Below, piece by piece: positions 14,449-28,068 of a stretch of 64,000 nt of DNA; the first letter of the stretch is position 1, and every line of letters starts with the position of its first letter. This DNA is from Lytechinus pictus (lineage: Eukaryota). The stretch is taken from assembly GCF_037042905.1 (NCBI RefSeq), contig NC_087245.1, positions 10,542,001 through 10,606,000 of the forward strand. The letters run 5' to 3'. The notes below the pieces were generated by a model. The model was not told the origin of the DNA, searched no databases, and saw nothing but the letters and a program-made list of their open reading frames with translations. The position numbers and the translations under genes were made by a program.

Positions 14449-15057
14449 AGGACAAGTCCACCCCGACAAAAACTTGATTTGAATAAGAAGAGAAAAATCC
14501 AACAAGCATAACACTGAAAATTTCATCAAAATCGGATTTGAAATAAGAAAGTTATGACATTTTAAAGTTTCGCTTAATTTCACAAAACAGTTATATTCAC
14601 ATCCTGGTCGGTATGCAAATGAGGAGACTTATGACGTCATCCACTCACTATTTCTTTTGTATCTTATTATATGAAATATGAAGTATTCTAATTTTCTCCT
14701 CATTGTCAAATGTCAAGTTAAACAACGGGTATTTCCTCCATGAACATGTGGAATTAGCATTGTTTAATACTATATGGTTCAGTCAAGTTGGTCCTTATTG
14801 TCAAATCTGTAAAAAATGAAATATTGTATAATTCAAACAATAGAAAACAAAAGAAATAGTGAGTGAAGGACATCATCGACCGTCTCATTCGCATGTCACT
14901 GAGTTGTGCATATCACTGTTTTGTGAAAATAAGCGAAACTTTGAAATGTCATAACTTTCTTATTTTACATCCGATTTTGATGAAATTTTCAGTGTTATGC
15001 TAGTTTGATTTTTCTCTATTTATTCAAATCAACATTTTACTGGGGTGGACTTGACCT
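14449..15057 (+). mobile_element. Kolobok-like MITE family A, copy 2
   Basis: TTAA|AGGACAAGTCCACCCC ... GGGGTGGACTTGACCT|TTAA; colinear with 2293-2885. Confidence 0.85.
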
Positions 15058-15719
15058 TTAAGCTGTGACAGAAACAACAGGTCACATGACTTAACCATTT
15101 ACAGTATGATTTCATTTCTTTTTCCGATTAGAGTATCTGGTTGTGTCAAGAGGATGCTTGTTTGTTATGATAAAATAATAATAATTGTGATATCTTCTTG
15201 AGTGCACACACTGTCCAGAGACGCTCATGGCTCTGGCCCAGCAAGTTCTTTTGGATATATTTACAAACAATATTATACATGTAAACAAAGTAATAAAAGG
15301 TCTTAAGATGCACTTCAAAAGTGTCATGGGGTGTAATACTCCCCAGGGAGGAGAAAGTGTTTTAAAATATCATATGAGGGTAAGTAAAAATATGATAACT
15401 CTGTTAATAATCAATCTGTAAAGCACTTTAAAACATTGTTACAATTAATAATCTCTATAATTTACATCCATAAAATAACACATGTTGCTAATATGTAACA
15501 TTACTGGATTAAACTCTATGTCCTCTAACAACCAAACTTTGTAAAGTAGACCTATTATTCCAACTTCATTCATGATAACTTCAGTGTATGTTTTACACCT
15601 CAAATGTGCAGTCATGAACAAATATGCATTACAACTAAAAGAGAAAATAAACTTGTGAATATTATGAAGATTACATGTAAATACATAAGCCAGTCAAAAT
15701 TCACATTGAAACAAAACTG

Positions 15720-16335
15720 ATTACCCGCGTCTTCATTCCATTTATGTTTCTCATGGGTCCTGTATTCTACTATTAGATTCAATAACCTACGTGTATTTGC
15801 AACAATGATTTATTGATACTATATTACTCCACTTATGGTGGAAATTGCTTCCTTGAACGAATCTAGGGAGGTAAATTTGCCGGTTGAAATTGAAGATGAA
15901 ATGGTAATTTAGAAATCCTTTGTATGGAATACATTTTTTCCTCCTTCAATTTGACCCTATAATTAATAGCTTTCTTTTGTTTCTTTTCTAAAAAAAAAGC
16001 AAGTATTATTTCATACAATCCACTCTTTAATCTATTGTTACTCATTCAAAATTGGTTAAATATATGTTTATGTTAAAATGTTCATTATGTTAAAGGTTTA
16101 GTCTACTCCTAACCTTTCCCCATTCCTCCTTTTCACATTACTTCTCCCTCTGTATACATTTCTTTTCGTATCCCCTTTCCAATATTAAACATTGGTATAC
16201 TTTGTTGTTTGTTTGTTTTTTACTGTTTTGCTTGTTTGTTTACTGAAATTTTACTCTGTACAAATTCATGTAATTCAGCCTTTGGCTGCTAATTGAATTT
16301 TTATCATAATAAATACCATTTATCTATCTATCTAA
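15720..16335 (+). mobile_element. Probable degraded LINE (CR1/L2 group) 3' end
   Basis: Ends in AATAAATACCATTT(ATCT)n after a T-rich UTR-like stretch. Left boundary uncertain; no intact ORF. Confidence 0.3.
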
Positions 16336-17322
16336 TTATGGACCCATGTTGTAGTGCCAAGGATACAATGTACATGTATCAGGCAGTCATGTACAGTTGA
16401 CATGTTATGCTGCTCTCCTCATTTATGAATGCAGACTTAGTTTCTAAAGTTTGGTATAAAAACATGCAAAAATCCCCCCCCCCCCCCAAGAAGAAAAAAG
16501 AAGCAAAATGCAATGAAAATTTACCTCGACAAACAACAGAAAAACAAACAATTATAAAACCAAAGAAAAATTATGGAGAATGTGACTAGTGACCATACTT
16601 TATTTCACTGTGTAATGGATTCTATATCAAGTTGTAATACTATTCAAATTTAACAATTTTGTGCAAGGCCAAGCAATAAAGAACAGCAATGCTTTGAACT
16701 TTTCAAGCATATGTACCCTCATATTTAACACAATGACTTTATGCTACATGTAAAAAAAAATGTTCAAGCCCTATCAACTATCATCCATATCAACATTAAA
16801 ACATGTTGTTTAGAGATACCTGTTAATGTACGCAATAGACCCATTGTAAGCTACAGTCATATCATTAATGATCAAGTCAAGTTTTGGTAGTAGATCCAAA
16901 TCAATTTGGTGATTAAAATGGTGCTTCTTCTTTGCATAGTTAATTATAGTAACACAAGTTTTACATAGCAGAAAATGACACTGATTATATGACCGTAATT
17001 CATTTGCTAATTTAGTATTGTGGCCCGCATATACATGTAAATGCATTTTTAGTAAATAATACCTCAGTCCTCAGTCACATTTGCAAGTCGAATAAAGCAG
17101 TTTTATTCATTTTTATTCAAACCATCTATATGTAGCTGGTACAAAAAAGTTAATTTTACAGCCGTTTTTGACTCGCCGTATGATGGCCATCATAGAGCAA
17201 ATGTGAGGCAAATGTGAGGTATAAGTATCTCATTGTGGAAATTGAATATGAAGCCATTACGGAAGGACATACATGTACATACTTGTTATTCCTTCTTATA
17301 AGGGTTCTTGTGTTTCAATTAA

Positions 17323-17805
17323 AGGGGTACCCAAAGCTTAAAATGATATGATTTGAAGAGATAAAGTAAAATCAGACAAACCAAACACTGAAAATAGTCG
17401 TCAAATTTGGACAAGGAAGAACAAAGTTTAGACATTTAAAATTTTTTGCATTATTTCATTGAAACAATTCTAAGCATGTCTTGCTTGACATTCAAAGATT
17501 GAGAAATGTCAATTAGACAACTGAATAAATGTGTTTTGCTGCAACCTATTTTGTTACAAGAGTGACATGTTATATAAAGAAATAAAAAAACAATACTTTG
17601 TAAATAACATGAGAAAAAACGTAGATATTATATCATCAGTCCACCTATTGCATATTAATTATGGCATCCATATAACTGTTTTCACAAAATATAGCTTACA
17701 TGTACATGGTGTAACTTTAAAATTCAATAACTTCCTTATTTGTTTTCAGATGTTGATAAAATTTTCAGCTCAGTGATGTTTACTTTATTTCACCGGAGTA
17801 CCCTT
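17323..17805. mobile_element. Degenerate Kolobok-like MITE (AGGGGTAC termini)
   Basis: TTAA|AGGGGTACCC at left, CCGGAGTACCCTTTT at right; internal motifs resemble family A. Confidence 0.5.
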
Positions 17806-18495
17806 TTAGCATTATTTTAAGTGTCAATGACTTATTTCAACTACAGTGTATTTCAATTTAACTTTCTGTTGTTGTTTGATATTATGCATTCATTCCTAGT
17901 GAGAATAATTCAGCCATAGATTTTATGATTACCAGTATTATCATTATGGCTCTTTATGAACAAAAATATTTTGAATAAAATTGCATACTGTTTATAACAC
18001 ATGTATATGAAACAGTATCAAAAAATCAACCAATGACATGTATAAAGTGTCAGATAATTTGTTAATTTCTTGACTGAAAAAAAAATATTGACACCTTTGA
18101 AACATGAACAAGGCTGTAATGGAATGACAATAATCATTTCCCCAAAAAATGTACAAGTATGGACAGCACAGATGTATGCTGGAATTACTTTTCATTTATA
18201 TTAATCTTGTGAGCCATTGATTGTACACACTAGTATAATTTCAGCCTTTTTTATGTTGAATGAGGACCCCCCCCCAAAAAAAAAAACATTGCATCAAACT
18301 TTGGGCAAGACATAGAGTCTTCATATATTTGTGATTCCAGTCTCTAATTCTGTTAATCATTAATTATTACTAAAAAGAACTACAGATTCACATATACAGG
18401 TACATGAAATAGAAAGATTATACACTGAACATCAAACATAGAATACATGTACTTTCTTTTTAAGTCAAAATCAACTCTTAGGGATAACTCATTAT

Positions 18496-21400
18496 AACAA
18501 GTGGAACGCCTCTGGCAGTCTCGCCTGCATTACGCGATTTAATATAGCAGCAGTGCTAACTTTGAAAACTACTATAAAATAATCATTCACAAAAACACCA
18601 TTCATATAATGACATAATACCATGTTCATTGACCATAGATGACATTTGAACAGTGACTTAAGACTTGTCAACTACACCCATGTCCACATTTCATTCACTC
18701 TATCCATAAACTTTCAAAGTTATGATGGCAATTCAACAATTACCCCAACATGGCCTACGTTTATTGACCTTAACTGACCTTTTACCTTGGTTTTGTGACC
18801 TGAAACTCACAGGGGATGTTCAGTGATACTTGATTACTCTTATATCCCAAGTTTTATGAAATAGATCCATAAACTTCAGAGTTAGGATGGTAATTTAACA
18901 AAGACCCCCAACACGGCCAAAGTTCATTGACCTTAAATGACCATTGACCATGGTCATGTGACCTGAAACTCGCACAGAATATCCAGTGGGACTTGATTAA
19001 CCTAATGTCCAAGTTTCATGAACTAGATCCATAAATTTTCAAAGTTATGAAGGTAATTAAAAAAATACCCCCAACTTGGCCGAAGTTCATTGACCCTAAA
19101 TGACCTTTGACCTTGGTCATGTGACCTCAAACTCAGGAAGGATGTTCACTAATACTTGATTAACCTTATGTCCAAGTTTCATGAACTAGATCCATAAATT
19201 TTTATGATAGTAATTCAAAAAATACCCCCAACTTGACCAAAGTTCATTGACCCTAAATGACCTTTGACCTTGGTCATGTGACCTGAAACTGGTGCAGGAT
19301 GTTCACTAATACTTCATTAACCTTATGCCCAAGTTTCATGAACTAGGTCCACATACTTTTTATTTAGATGTCATTTCAAAAACTTAACCTTCGGTTAAGA
19401 TTTTGAAAATAATTCTCCCAACATGGTCTAAGTTCATTGACCCTAAATGACCTTTGACCTTAGTCATGTGACCTGAAACTCAGGCAGGATGTTCAGTAAT
19501 ACTTGATTAACCTTATGGGCATTTTCACCACAGATGGACACAGAGGCAAAAAAATCAAGTTGATATTCATGTAAAATGCTTTATGTTTTTTAATAAAACA
19601 AGACCTGAAGTTTCTGAGACTAATTTTTTTTCCGACTCTGGCAGCCATTTTTTATTTCAAAATGGCTGCCAAAGTATGGATACAAATTAGTGTTGAAAAT
19701 AGTATATTGATACATATTTTGTTTTGACAGATTTTTAAAGAACAGGTTTGATCATGATGTTTTCGCCTGTGATTTAGCTTGCTATTATAACACTTTTTAA
19801 AATCCCACAGAAAGAAACACCAGTAATTCATTCATCTGATAAAAAAATATTGATGAAGTATGTGATATGGTATGTAATGTCAGTTACCGAAAACATGAAC
19901 TTTTTTTTCTCATTTCCTGGAAAAGAGGATATATTATATGAAACTTGGTAGATTTCCTCTCTAGGTAACACCCCTCCCTTCTACACCAAAATTAAAGATT
20001 ACCAATTAACAATGAAGCCATAGGGTACCATTAAATATATGTAATGTCAGTTACCAAGTGGAAAATGTAATGTCAGTTACCGAGATGTAATGTCAGTTAC
20101 CATGATAAAACGTTGGTTACCAATATTGAAATGCAAATATGTGGTCAATTTTATGGTGAAGAAATATTGTATACTTGTTATTTAAGTCAAGTCACACCAG
20201 AAGGAGCTTGATATTGACTTTTAAAAGGTATGGTTCACAAGGAATACTATATGAAATTATGAAGGAAGTTGCATTCCCATCGTGCAAAAAAAAATTACTA
20301 TGAAATTGTTTTGTACATGCACTTACCAAGTACCTAATTGTTTGTATCAGAAAATTTTTTGTTTGGTTTTCGGGGGGGGGGGGGTAGGGGGTACTTTTCC
20401 CAACCTATTGCCTAAATCTGCAACATTTTTAAAGCTTAACATTGTGATGAAGGGGATTTCCAGGGTCCCTTTTTAGTTTCTAGGATTCTTTTGAGCATTG
20501 CCTCGCTAAAAGTAAATTCCTGGTTTTTATACCTGTTAGTAGTGTGGATGTGTGATACAATTTTGTTTTTGGTTTACAAGTATAGATGAAAAGTGAAATT
20601 TGACAGTTCTGATCAATGTTGCATGGATCTACTAAAACTGTGGTGTTCTAATTTACAAATAGTTCAGTTTCAGTTTAGAAGCTGGAGTTTATTTTTTGTT
20701 GACAGCTTATAAAAGAAATTAGCAAAGAAAATGATTAAACAAATTATGAAGAGAATTGAAATCCGACAGATATGAACAAGCATTGCTTGCACTGACCAGA
20801 ATAGAAATCAATAAAACTACATGGCTGCATGAGATTCGGGGAAGGGGTACATGTAGCCTAGGGGAGGAGACCCTTATTCATTTTTGCCTTTTTTGAGGGG
20901 AGGGGGAGGTTGGAGAAGGAAAAGGTTTAAAAAGTCAATATAAAACTGATGAATATATTATGGGTGTATAGTCAGAAAAATCCATGTGTACAGTCAATGC
21001 AATATTAAATTACTGTAGGAAAACATGTAGCTGCTATGACCCCCCCCCCCCCCCCCGAGTAAGTAAAACATACATTTCTTATCTTTTGATAATTAGAAAT
21101 GTGAAGTATTATGAAACTTTTATGATTTTAAAAAGCCTTACATATAAGTACCAAGAAAATTATGCCTTTGAAAATCATATAGCACTGGTAAATGTTAATG
21201 TGTATTGTCAGTTACCGACAAGTAATAATAAAAATGTTCAAATCAAAGAAAGGAATTAAGAAAAAGAAAAAAGTTTTTCATTGAAATGTTCCTAAAAACT
21301 CGGGTATACTTCCACATCAAGCTCACTTTCATGTGAAGCCCTGCACAGAAGATACAATGCAATGATTCCACACATTTGACTTCCATGTGTTATCTCTATG

Positions 21401-21983
21401 GCAAATTAAGTGTAATGTCAGTTACCGTAATGTCAGTTACCAGCATGGTTGTGGAAAAATTATCATAGTCCCCAAAAGACAAAAACGAATTTTTTAATAT
21501 TTTGACACATCTTAACCTAGTAACGGAGGTATATTTACATATTCAAATTATTACTCTATCTACTCAGGGACATGAGATATTTCAATTTTAATGAACACCC
21601 TGAAATTGCATGTCCTTTTGCGTAATGTCAGTTACCGACACATTTTTGCTTGCTGATGCGTAAAAAAATGTGGTTACATAGGAAAACTTAGTATCAGAGT
21701 ATACAGCAAGGTTCACTTTATTAACCCTATCAAAAGCAAACTCCCATCATTTGTTGTTTTAGAGATACACACAATGAAAGGTGTGAAAACATTGTGCCGT
21801 GTAATGTCAGTTACCGTGAAAATGCCCTTATGTCCAAGTTTCATGAACTAGGTCCATATACTTTTTAAGTTATGATGTCATTTCAAAAACTTAACCTTAG
21901 GTTAAGATTTGATGTTGACGCCGCCGCCGGCGTCGGAAAAGCGGCGCCTATAGTCTCGCTCTGCTATGCAGGCGAGACAAAAA
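18496..21983 (-). mobile_element. Helentron-like non-autonomous element (HINE/DINE-type) with internal ~163-bp tandem array, copy 1, interrupted by a nested insertion
   Basis: Subterminal inverted repeat GTCTCGCCTGCAT / ATGCAGGCGAGAC, hairpin and (GCC)n near one end, AACAAG at the other, A/T-run insertion site, no TSD. Reverse-complement copy at 55576-57080. Confidence 0.8.
19517..21827. mobile_element. 2.3-kb non-autonomous TIR transposon with 4-bp TSD (Sola2-like), nested in the Helentron-like element
   Basis: TTAT|GGGCATTTTCAC ... GTGAAAATGCCC|TTAT. Removing it restores the host motif AACCTTATGTCCAAG. GRG ends and a 4-bp TSD fit Sola2. Confidence 0.8.
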
Positions 21984-22646
21984 CCAAGGGCATTCCACAT
22001 TCAAGTTTCATCTTAACAACTACTTCCATAATAACTGTTGCTAAACTGTCTGCAGCCATGGCTATTTTGATTTTTATCAAATAACTGCAAGCACTTTCGT
22101 TTAAAGGCATTAAAAGGTAATCAATCAGTCATAATTTCCTTTTCAATCCAGCAAAGAGGAAGTATCTCATGTTAAGAAAGGCGGAAAGGAGGCGAAAGTG
22201 ATCTAATCCACTTAGAAGCTAATTTGAGACATTTATAAAGTGGAAATAGAAGGATGCTAGAACCATGTTAAACCAAAAGACCATAAGTCTTTGCATTCAG
22301 AAAGTAAATGGCCTAATTGTGGAAACAAATCAATGATACTAGAAAACTTAATATTACATGTACTTGTACAGTATACTTTAACTGAGGGACCAGCCACAGC
22401 TGGGTTTTTTTTTGGGGGGGGGGTGTTACTACAGTCATCTTTTCTCATTTTGTTCTATTTTTCCCTATCTGCTCTTCCTCTTTCTTCTACTGTTCGAAGC
22501 TTTATGTCTGAATATCAAGGGGGATAATGGGGGTGTAGAAAATGAAAAATGCAGGGGAACAAGAATAAAAGTGGGAGAAAAGAAAGGAATATTAAACCTA
22601 GATAGTTGAATCTGATGAACAACCAAAGGCATAGAAGGTTTTCATA

Positions 22647-22855
22647 GGTGACACGACATTTGCTCCTGCAATAATTCTCCAGTCTTAATATATCACAGGG
22701 CATAGGGTTAGAGTTAGGATTGTATTTGTAAGAGAGTTTATGGTTCAGAATAATGTAAAGACAAGTATTAACCTTAATTTTGGACGTAAGGTTTCATGTT
22801 TGGCTGAATGTGGAGATTGTCCAGCTTTTGTTGCAGGAGCAAATGACATGGAACC
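22647..22855. mobile_element. Small MITE with TTAGGG-like core
   Basis: GACATTTGCTCCTGCAA near the left end, TTGCAGGAGCAAATGAC near the right end, internal AGGGTTAGAGTTAGG. Confidence 0.55.
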
Positions 22856-23244
22856 ATTATTTAGTCCTTGCCCTGGAGAAAAATGATCCTAGATACGCCA
22901 CTGGCTATGAGAATAACAATCAATGTCCATTCCAGGACCTTAACTTCCTTTGAAATTCAATAACTGATTTGTAATTTTTACTATGCTATCAGGAAGGAAG
23001 AGAGAAGGAAATTTAAAAGTGAAAAACACAGTTTACAATATTTCTTTCAGCATATCTGTCATTGCAAGCAATTATTTTTGATAAATTGGTTATTTTAATA
23101 AATCAGACAAGCAAGAATCCTGACCCAACCCTAACATTGATCATAGACAATACATTGGAAAATGCAGGAAAGCCACAGTGAAAGACCAGCCACTCGTAAC
23201 ACCTTTATAACGGGAAACAAACGCGATATAAAGCCTATATCGTT

Positions 23245-23382
23245 GTGTCAGTGCAAGAACGCCCAGAGCAAAACATTTTCAACTTCAAGCATAGCATCGG
23301 TGCAGAAACACCCTTTAATGCAATGCCCTTTTATTATTAAGCGCGAAAGTGTGGTGTTAAGGGCGTTGTTGCACTGATGCGA
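23245..23382. repeat. Dispersed repeat with inverted GTGCAAGAACGCCC ends; related copy at about 61865-62027
   Basis: Both copies share GTGCAAGAACG, CATCGGTGCAGAAA, GCAATGCC and AGGGCGTT.TTGCAC in the same order. Confidence 0.55.
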
Positions 23383-23428
23383 CAATATGTCTTTCTCACT
23401 TGCTTTCCTGCATTTTCCTGAATCTCTA

Positions 23429-24145
23429 CACTGCAAAAACGCTGGTTTAATTTAACACCAGCTTGGTATCTATATCGTCCACACCAGAGAGGTGTTGTAA
23501 CAAGACCAGTTAAGAATCAAACTGATATTGGTTTAACACTAATTGGCATTGCTTAAATGCCTCAGTAGGCGGTTTCAAACCGCCTCGATCACAAGAATCC
23601 CCGTTAAATTACGAGAACATTTTTAGGCTAAAAAATACCCATAAATTATTCCTGCATTCACACCGCCCCGAAACATACCCTTCGGGATAAGTTCCTAAAG
23701 TTACGAGCATGCGCAGTATGGTCTGATAAGCAGGCAAGGCGCGAGATTCAAAATCACTAGCCCAGCAGCCACCCACGGCGCCGCACCCAACGACACGCTG
23801 GGCTAAAAGTTCCCGTAATTTGCTTTCACATCGCCAAAATACCTGCGACCTTGGAAAAATCCCAGCGAAAGTTCTCGTAATTTCGCCAAGTACCTACTAT
23901 TTAGCGGGTATTTTCTTTCGGGGAAATTACGCGTAGTTTGCTTTCACATTACCAAAATACCTGGTATTTTCTGATCGGGGTAAATTTCCCGATCAGAGAA
24001 TACCTGGAACTGACGAACTTCGAGGCGGTCTGAAACCACCTATTGGTGTTTGCCTAATGCCAAACCGCTGTTGTTTCAACACCTCTGGTGTGGACCGATA
24101 TAGATATCAGATTGGTGTTAAATCAGCATTGGTGTTTTTGCAGTG
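23429..24145. mobile_element. Palindromic MITE with CACTG termini and TA TSD (CMC/EnSpm-like), carrying a nested insertion
   Basis: TA|CACTGCAAAAAC ... GTTTTTGCAGTG|TA; inner arms TCCACACCAGAG / CTCTGGTGTGGA. Confidence 0.75.
23568..24040 (+). mobile_element. Harbinger-like MITE family H, copy 1 (nested)
   Basis: GGCGGTTTCAAACCGCCTCGA ... TCGAGGCGGTCTGAAACCACC; nearly identical to 34239-34710. Confidence 0.85.
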
Positions 24146-24921
24146 TAAAATCACAATATACAAGTATATCAAGGAGGACCCTCCCCCTTTATGGGTGTTT
24201 CAGAAACTAAAAGTAAAACTAATGTCAAACCCAATTTTATTTATCAGTTAATAATTACAAAGCATGCTTATGCAGTATATTAATGATAAGTCTTATTCAT
24301 GATTGAAGCAGGGTTTATATTACAGGGAATCACATGTTAGAATATACTAGATATTTAATCATCATAAAAACAACAATCTGAAATCTACTATATACATACA
24401 TCACCATCATGTGATTCACTTCCATATCTGTGCAATGTGTCCTTTGCAGCAAATGCCAACTTTTACTTTTATTCATAATTCCTTGGGGATATCTATGTTG
24501 GAGCACATTTGAACAAATCAACAGTCAACAGTAATGTCAAACCATTTCTACCTTCTACAATGAAATGCTCGCAAGTTGCAAATGGATATATATATGCCAA
24601 ATGAAGAGGTGATTTAACTGACAAATTGCAGAATCAGTCAAAATCGTGACATTTTTTACATCCCACAAGAATAAAAAACTTGTACAGTATGGCAGGTTCA
24701 TTACAAATTTATTCAAATTTTCTAACATTTTTTATCCAAAATTACCTCCAACTAGTGAAATTAGTTACTGACTTTCAGGTATTCAGGTAATTTTCAAAAG
24801 TACAATTTGTTTTTTTTTCAAAAGGAAAGAGAGATTTGTTTCATTCTATATAATTTTTTTATATAGTCTTCTTTCATAGTCTTCTTTCATAGCTTTGAGA
24901 AGATCTACGTGTACCTCTCTA

Positions 24922-25446
24922 GGTGGTTTCAAACTGCCTTGATTACAAGAATCCCTGTTAAATTACAAGATCTTTTTTCAGGCTAGAAAATACATGTTAA
25001 TTAATCCCACATTCACACTGCCCCGAAACATACCCTTCGGGAAAAGTTCCTGAAGTTTTGAGCATGCGCACAAAGGTCTGATAAGCAAGCAAGGCACGAG
25101 ATTCAAAATCGCTAGCTCAGCAGCCACCCACGGCGCGAGATTCAAAATTGCTAGCTCAACAGCCACCCACGGCGGTCACCCGCGCCCAATTACACCCTGG
25201 GCTAAAAGTTCCTGTAATTGGCTTTCACACTGCCAAAATAACTGCGACCTTGGAAAAATGTCCGCGAGCGTTGTCATAATTTTGACAAGTACATGTACCT
25301 ACTATTTAGTGGATATTTTCTTTTGGGGAGATTACGCGTGATTTGCTTTCACACTGCCAAAATTACTTGGTATTTTCTAATCGGGGTAAATTTCCCAATC
25401 AGAAAATACCTGGAACTGCCAAACTTCGAGGCGGTCTGAAACCACA
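24922..25446 (+). mobile_element. Harbinger-like MITE family H, copy 2 (more diverged, internal 39-bp duplication)
   Basis: Same termini and body as copy 1; the unit starting at 25093 is repeated at 25132. Confidence 0.8.
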
Positions 25447-26692
25447 TATTGATGTGATTGAATATAGATAGCTCAATCTTAATCACTGTGATAGCAGACT
25501 TTATATTATTTCCTTTTGAGGTAACAATTTCCTGATTGAAATTTGAATGGTTCCGGGCTATCTTCTTCCTTCCCTAGCTCTACCCTAGGCTACATTTGGA
25601 ATACCTTTACCCCTTTACGAAAACACTATCCATGATTCACCAAGAATGTGTGACAAATCTAATATTCTTTTCAGAATTCCCACATCCTACAAATTCAACG
25701 TTCAAATCATCCTCCAAAGAAGGAGTAGTCACAAGATATCCACTTTAATAAACTACTATAGCAATTTAGCAAATGGTTCAATTGAATACCATCATGGCTA
25801 AAAATCCACTTGGTCTATCATAATACATTCTAAGTAAAATCGGTTACAATCATCACTTGGTCTAGCTGTAATTTAGATAGTCTTAATTCCACTTCATCTG
25901 CTCTAATATTTTGCACTTTGTCAAATGAAAATTGGTTGGTATCCTATATCAAATTGGTGGTACACCAAGTGGATATGACAAAATGGATAACCAAGGAGCT
26001 TCAAACAGACAAATTCTGTTTGAAGCTCCTTGCTCCTTGCTCTTTGATAAAATGGTAAATGGGCTTAATGGCACTAGACCAAATGGCTAGTAGATTATTT
26101 TTGCAGATGAACCAGGATTAGATCATGGGAGAATAGACCATACATAAAGTAGATAATATGGGTGTAGACCAAGTGGCAATCACCATTAGGGATATACATA
26201 TTAGGACTGACCGTCCACGGTTGTTACCGATCTCTGGAGTCAATCCTTGGAGATGTTTTACTTGGTAGTTCATGCTTGCGCATTCGGTGAAAACTGAGTG
26301 CCACCGGTTACGAACCCGATGTCGCTTTCTCTCCAAATTTTGTCTCGTGAAGACTTGCTCGATCAAGGCAGCTTGAGAATAGATGATGTGGATGGGATGG
26401 AATATTCTCCTCTCCTTGGAGAAGTAGTCTGAATGGTTTATCTCTATCTGTTACTGAAGAGATTGGGTAACCTGTTAATAGCTGAAACCATGACATTTCA
26501 GAAACATCTTTTACATTACAATAAAAACACAAATGCAATGTGTTAGCATGATACCAATTACAAAAATATGCTTTTAAAATATTACCAGTAGACCAGTGTA
26601 TGTACATGTATGCCATTGAATTATAATATTTCACATAAAAGGCCCCTAACAGGGAGGTAAAATAGACCATAATACACACCTGTGTATCTATC

Positions 26693-28068
26693 CAACCGCG
26701 TAGCCAGGATTTCATTTTGGAGGGGGCGGTATATGCACGCGAAGCGTGCCAACACTTACAGAGCGCGAGAAGCGCGCTCCCTAGGGGGTGGGTGCAGGGA
26801 GGGGGAGTTACCCCCTCCCGCGCGAAGCGCGAAGCTTTCGGTGTTTCATAAATTGAAATAAAAAGGAGCCGCCTCCCTTGTCTCTATTACCTATATCAGC
26901 TCCAATTCATTTGACTATAATGTGATTTTGAACCTTGTTTTCAAAAGTGATTGTAAAACGAACAAAAAAGGGATAAAATGGAAGAAATTAAAATAATATT
27001 AACCCCTTAAAGCATAAAAAGGTTATTTTCTAAGTTATATTAAATACTTCCCTTGGAAAGATCAGATTTGATTACAAACAATTTAGCGACAGTGCATATC
27101 TTAACTCGCAAAACAGAGGAGAAGAAGGATATATGCCGGGAGGAAGATATTCCTCCCCGCTCAGAGCAATGAAACTCTGAAATTTCTAACGGGCGGACGT
27201 TTCATCAAATGCAGATATCTCTGATTCAATTAATTTTCTAAGATTATTGAACTTCATTACAAGGAAAATAGTGCGCAAAAAGTTGAAACTTCTGTGATTA
27301 TTGAAATTATATAAAACACGATGATATATAATTTATTTCACTTATCCTGATGCGCTTCACTTTGAATGATAAAGAAACTTAAGTGTCATTCAAAATTTCA
27401 AACTGAGGGCGCAAAACAGGACAGGAGATGAATGTGCAGGGAAATGACATGAAGTTGAATAGAATTTGATAAAAAAAATATTGCACTTTTTTATTTAATA
27501 CGACACGAATTTTATACCTTCCTCTTTTTAAATTAGGAACCTATTTGCCCCCAAATTATGGTTGTTTAGTAATGAGCTGAAAAGCGGGAGAAGTTGCCTA
27601 TATGGAGGTGACGGCAGAAATTGAGATAAAGATTTTACCCGCCCGGAGCCGACCCGACCAGAAGTTGCGCGATCAATTAAAAAAAAAGATAATTCATATA
27701 CTTCGGCCTAACCTTACTCTAATCATGGACCTATTGAATTTTAACGGGAAAGAAACACATATAGCTGAGGTGGAAAAACAGGGTTAGAGAAAGGGTGAGG
27801 GAAACAAAGGAGAACTGCAATATTGTAATTTAACCGCGCACAGCGCGGAAGCAAGATTCATATATTAAATTCAGAGCAAGAGTCTCAGAGTTTCTTTTTT
27901 GAGAAAAAAAAAAAAGAATAAAAAGAAAAACCCACAAAGCTACCTTTCTTCCCTTTCCTCTCTTCGCTTTTCCTCTTCTCCTCTCTTTTTCCCCTTCTTT
28001 TTTTTTCTTTTTGGGGACGTTTTTGGGGGGGCGACCGCCCCCACCGCCCCCCCCTGGCTACGCGCCTG
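26693..28068. mobile_element. hAT-like non-autonomous element with 8-bp TSD
   Basis: TATCTATC|CAACCGCGTAGCCAGG ... CCTGGCTACGCGCCTG|TATCTATC; G/C-rich subterminal tracts. Confidence 0.8.

Noticed and set aside
19874..21815. Repeated 15-mer with unique spacers resembling a CRISPR array
   Set aside because: Spacing is highly irregular (0 to over 1000 bp), the repeat is too short, there are no cas genes, the context is eukaryotic, and it is enclosed by TIRs and a TSD.
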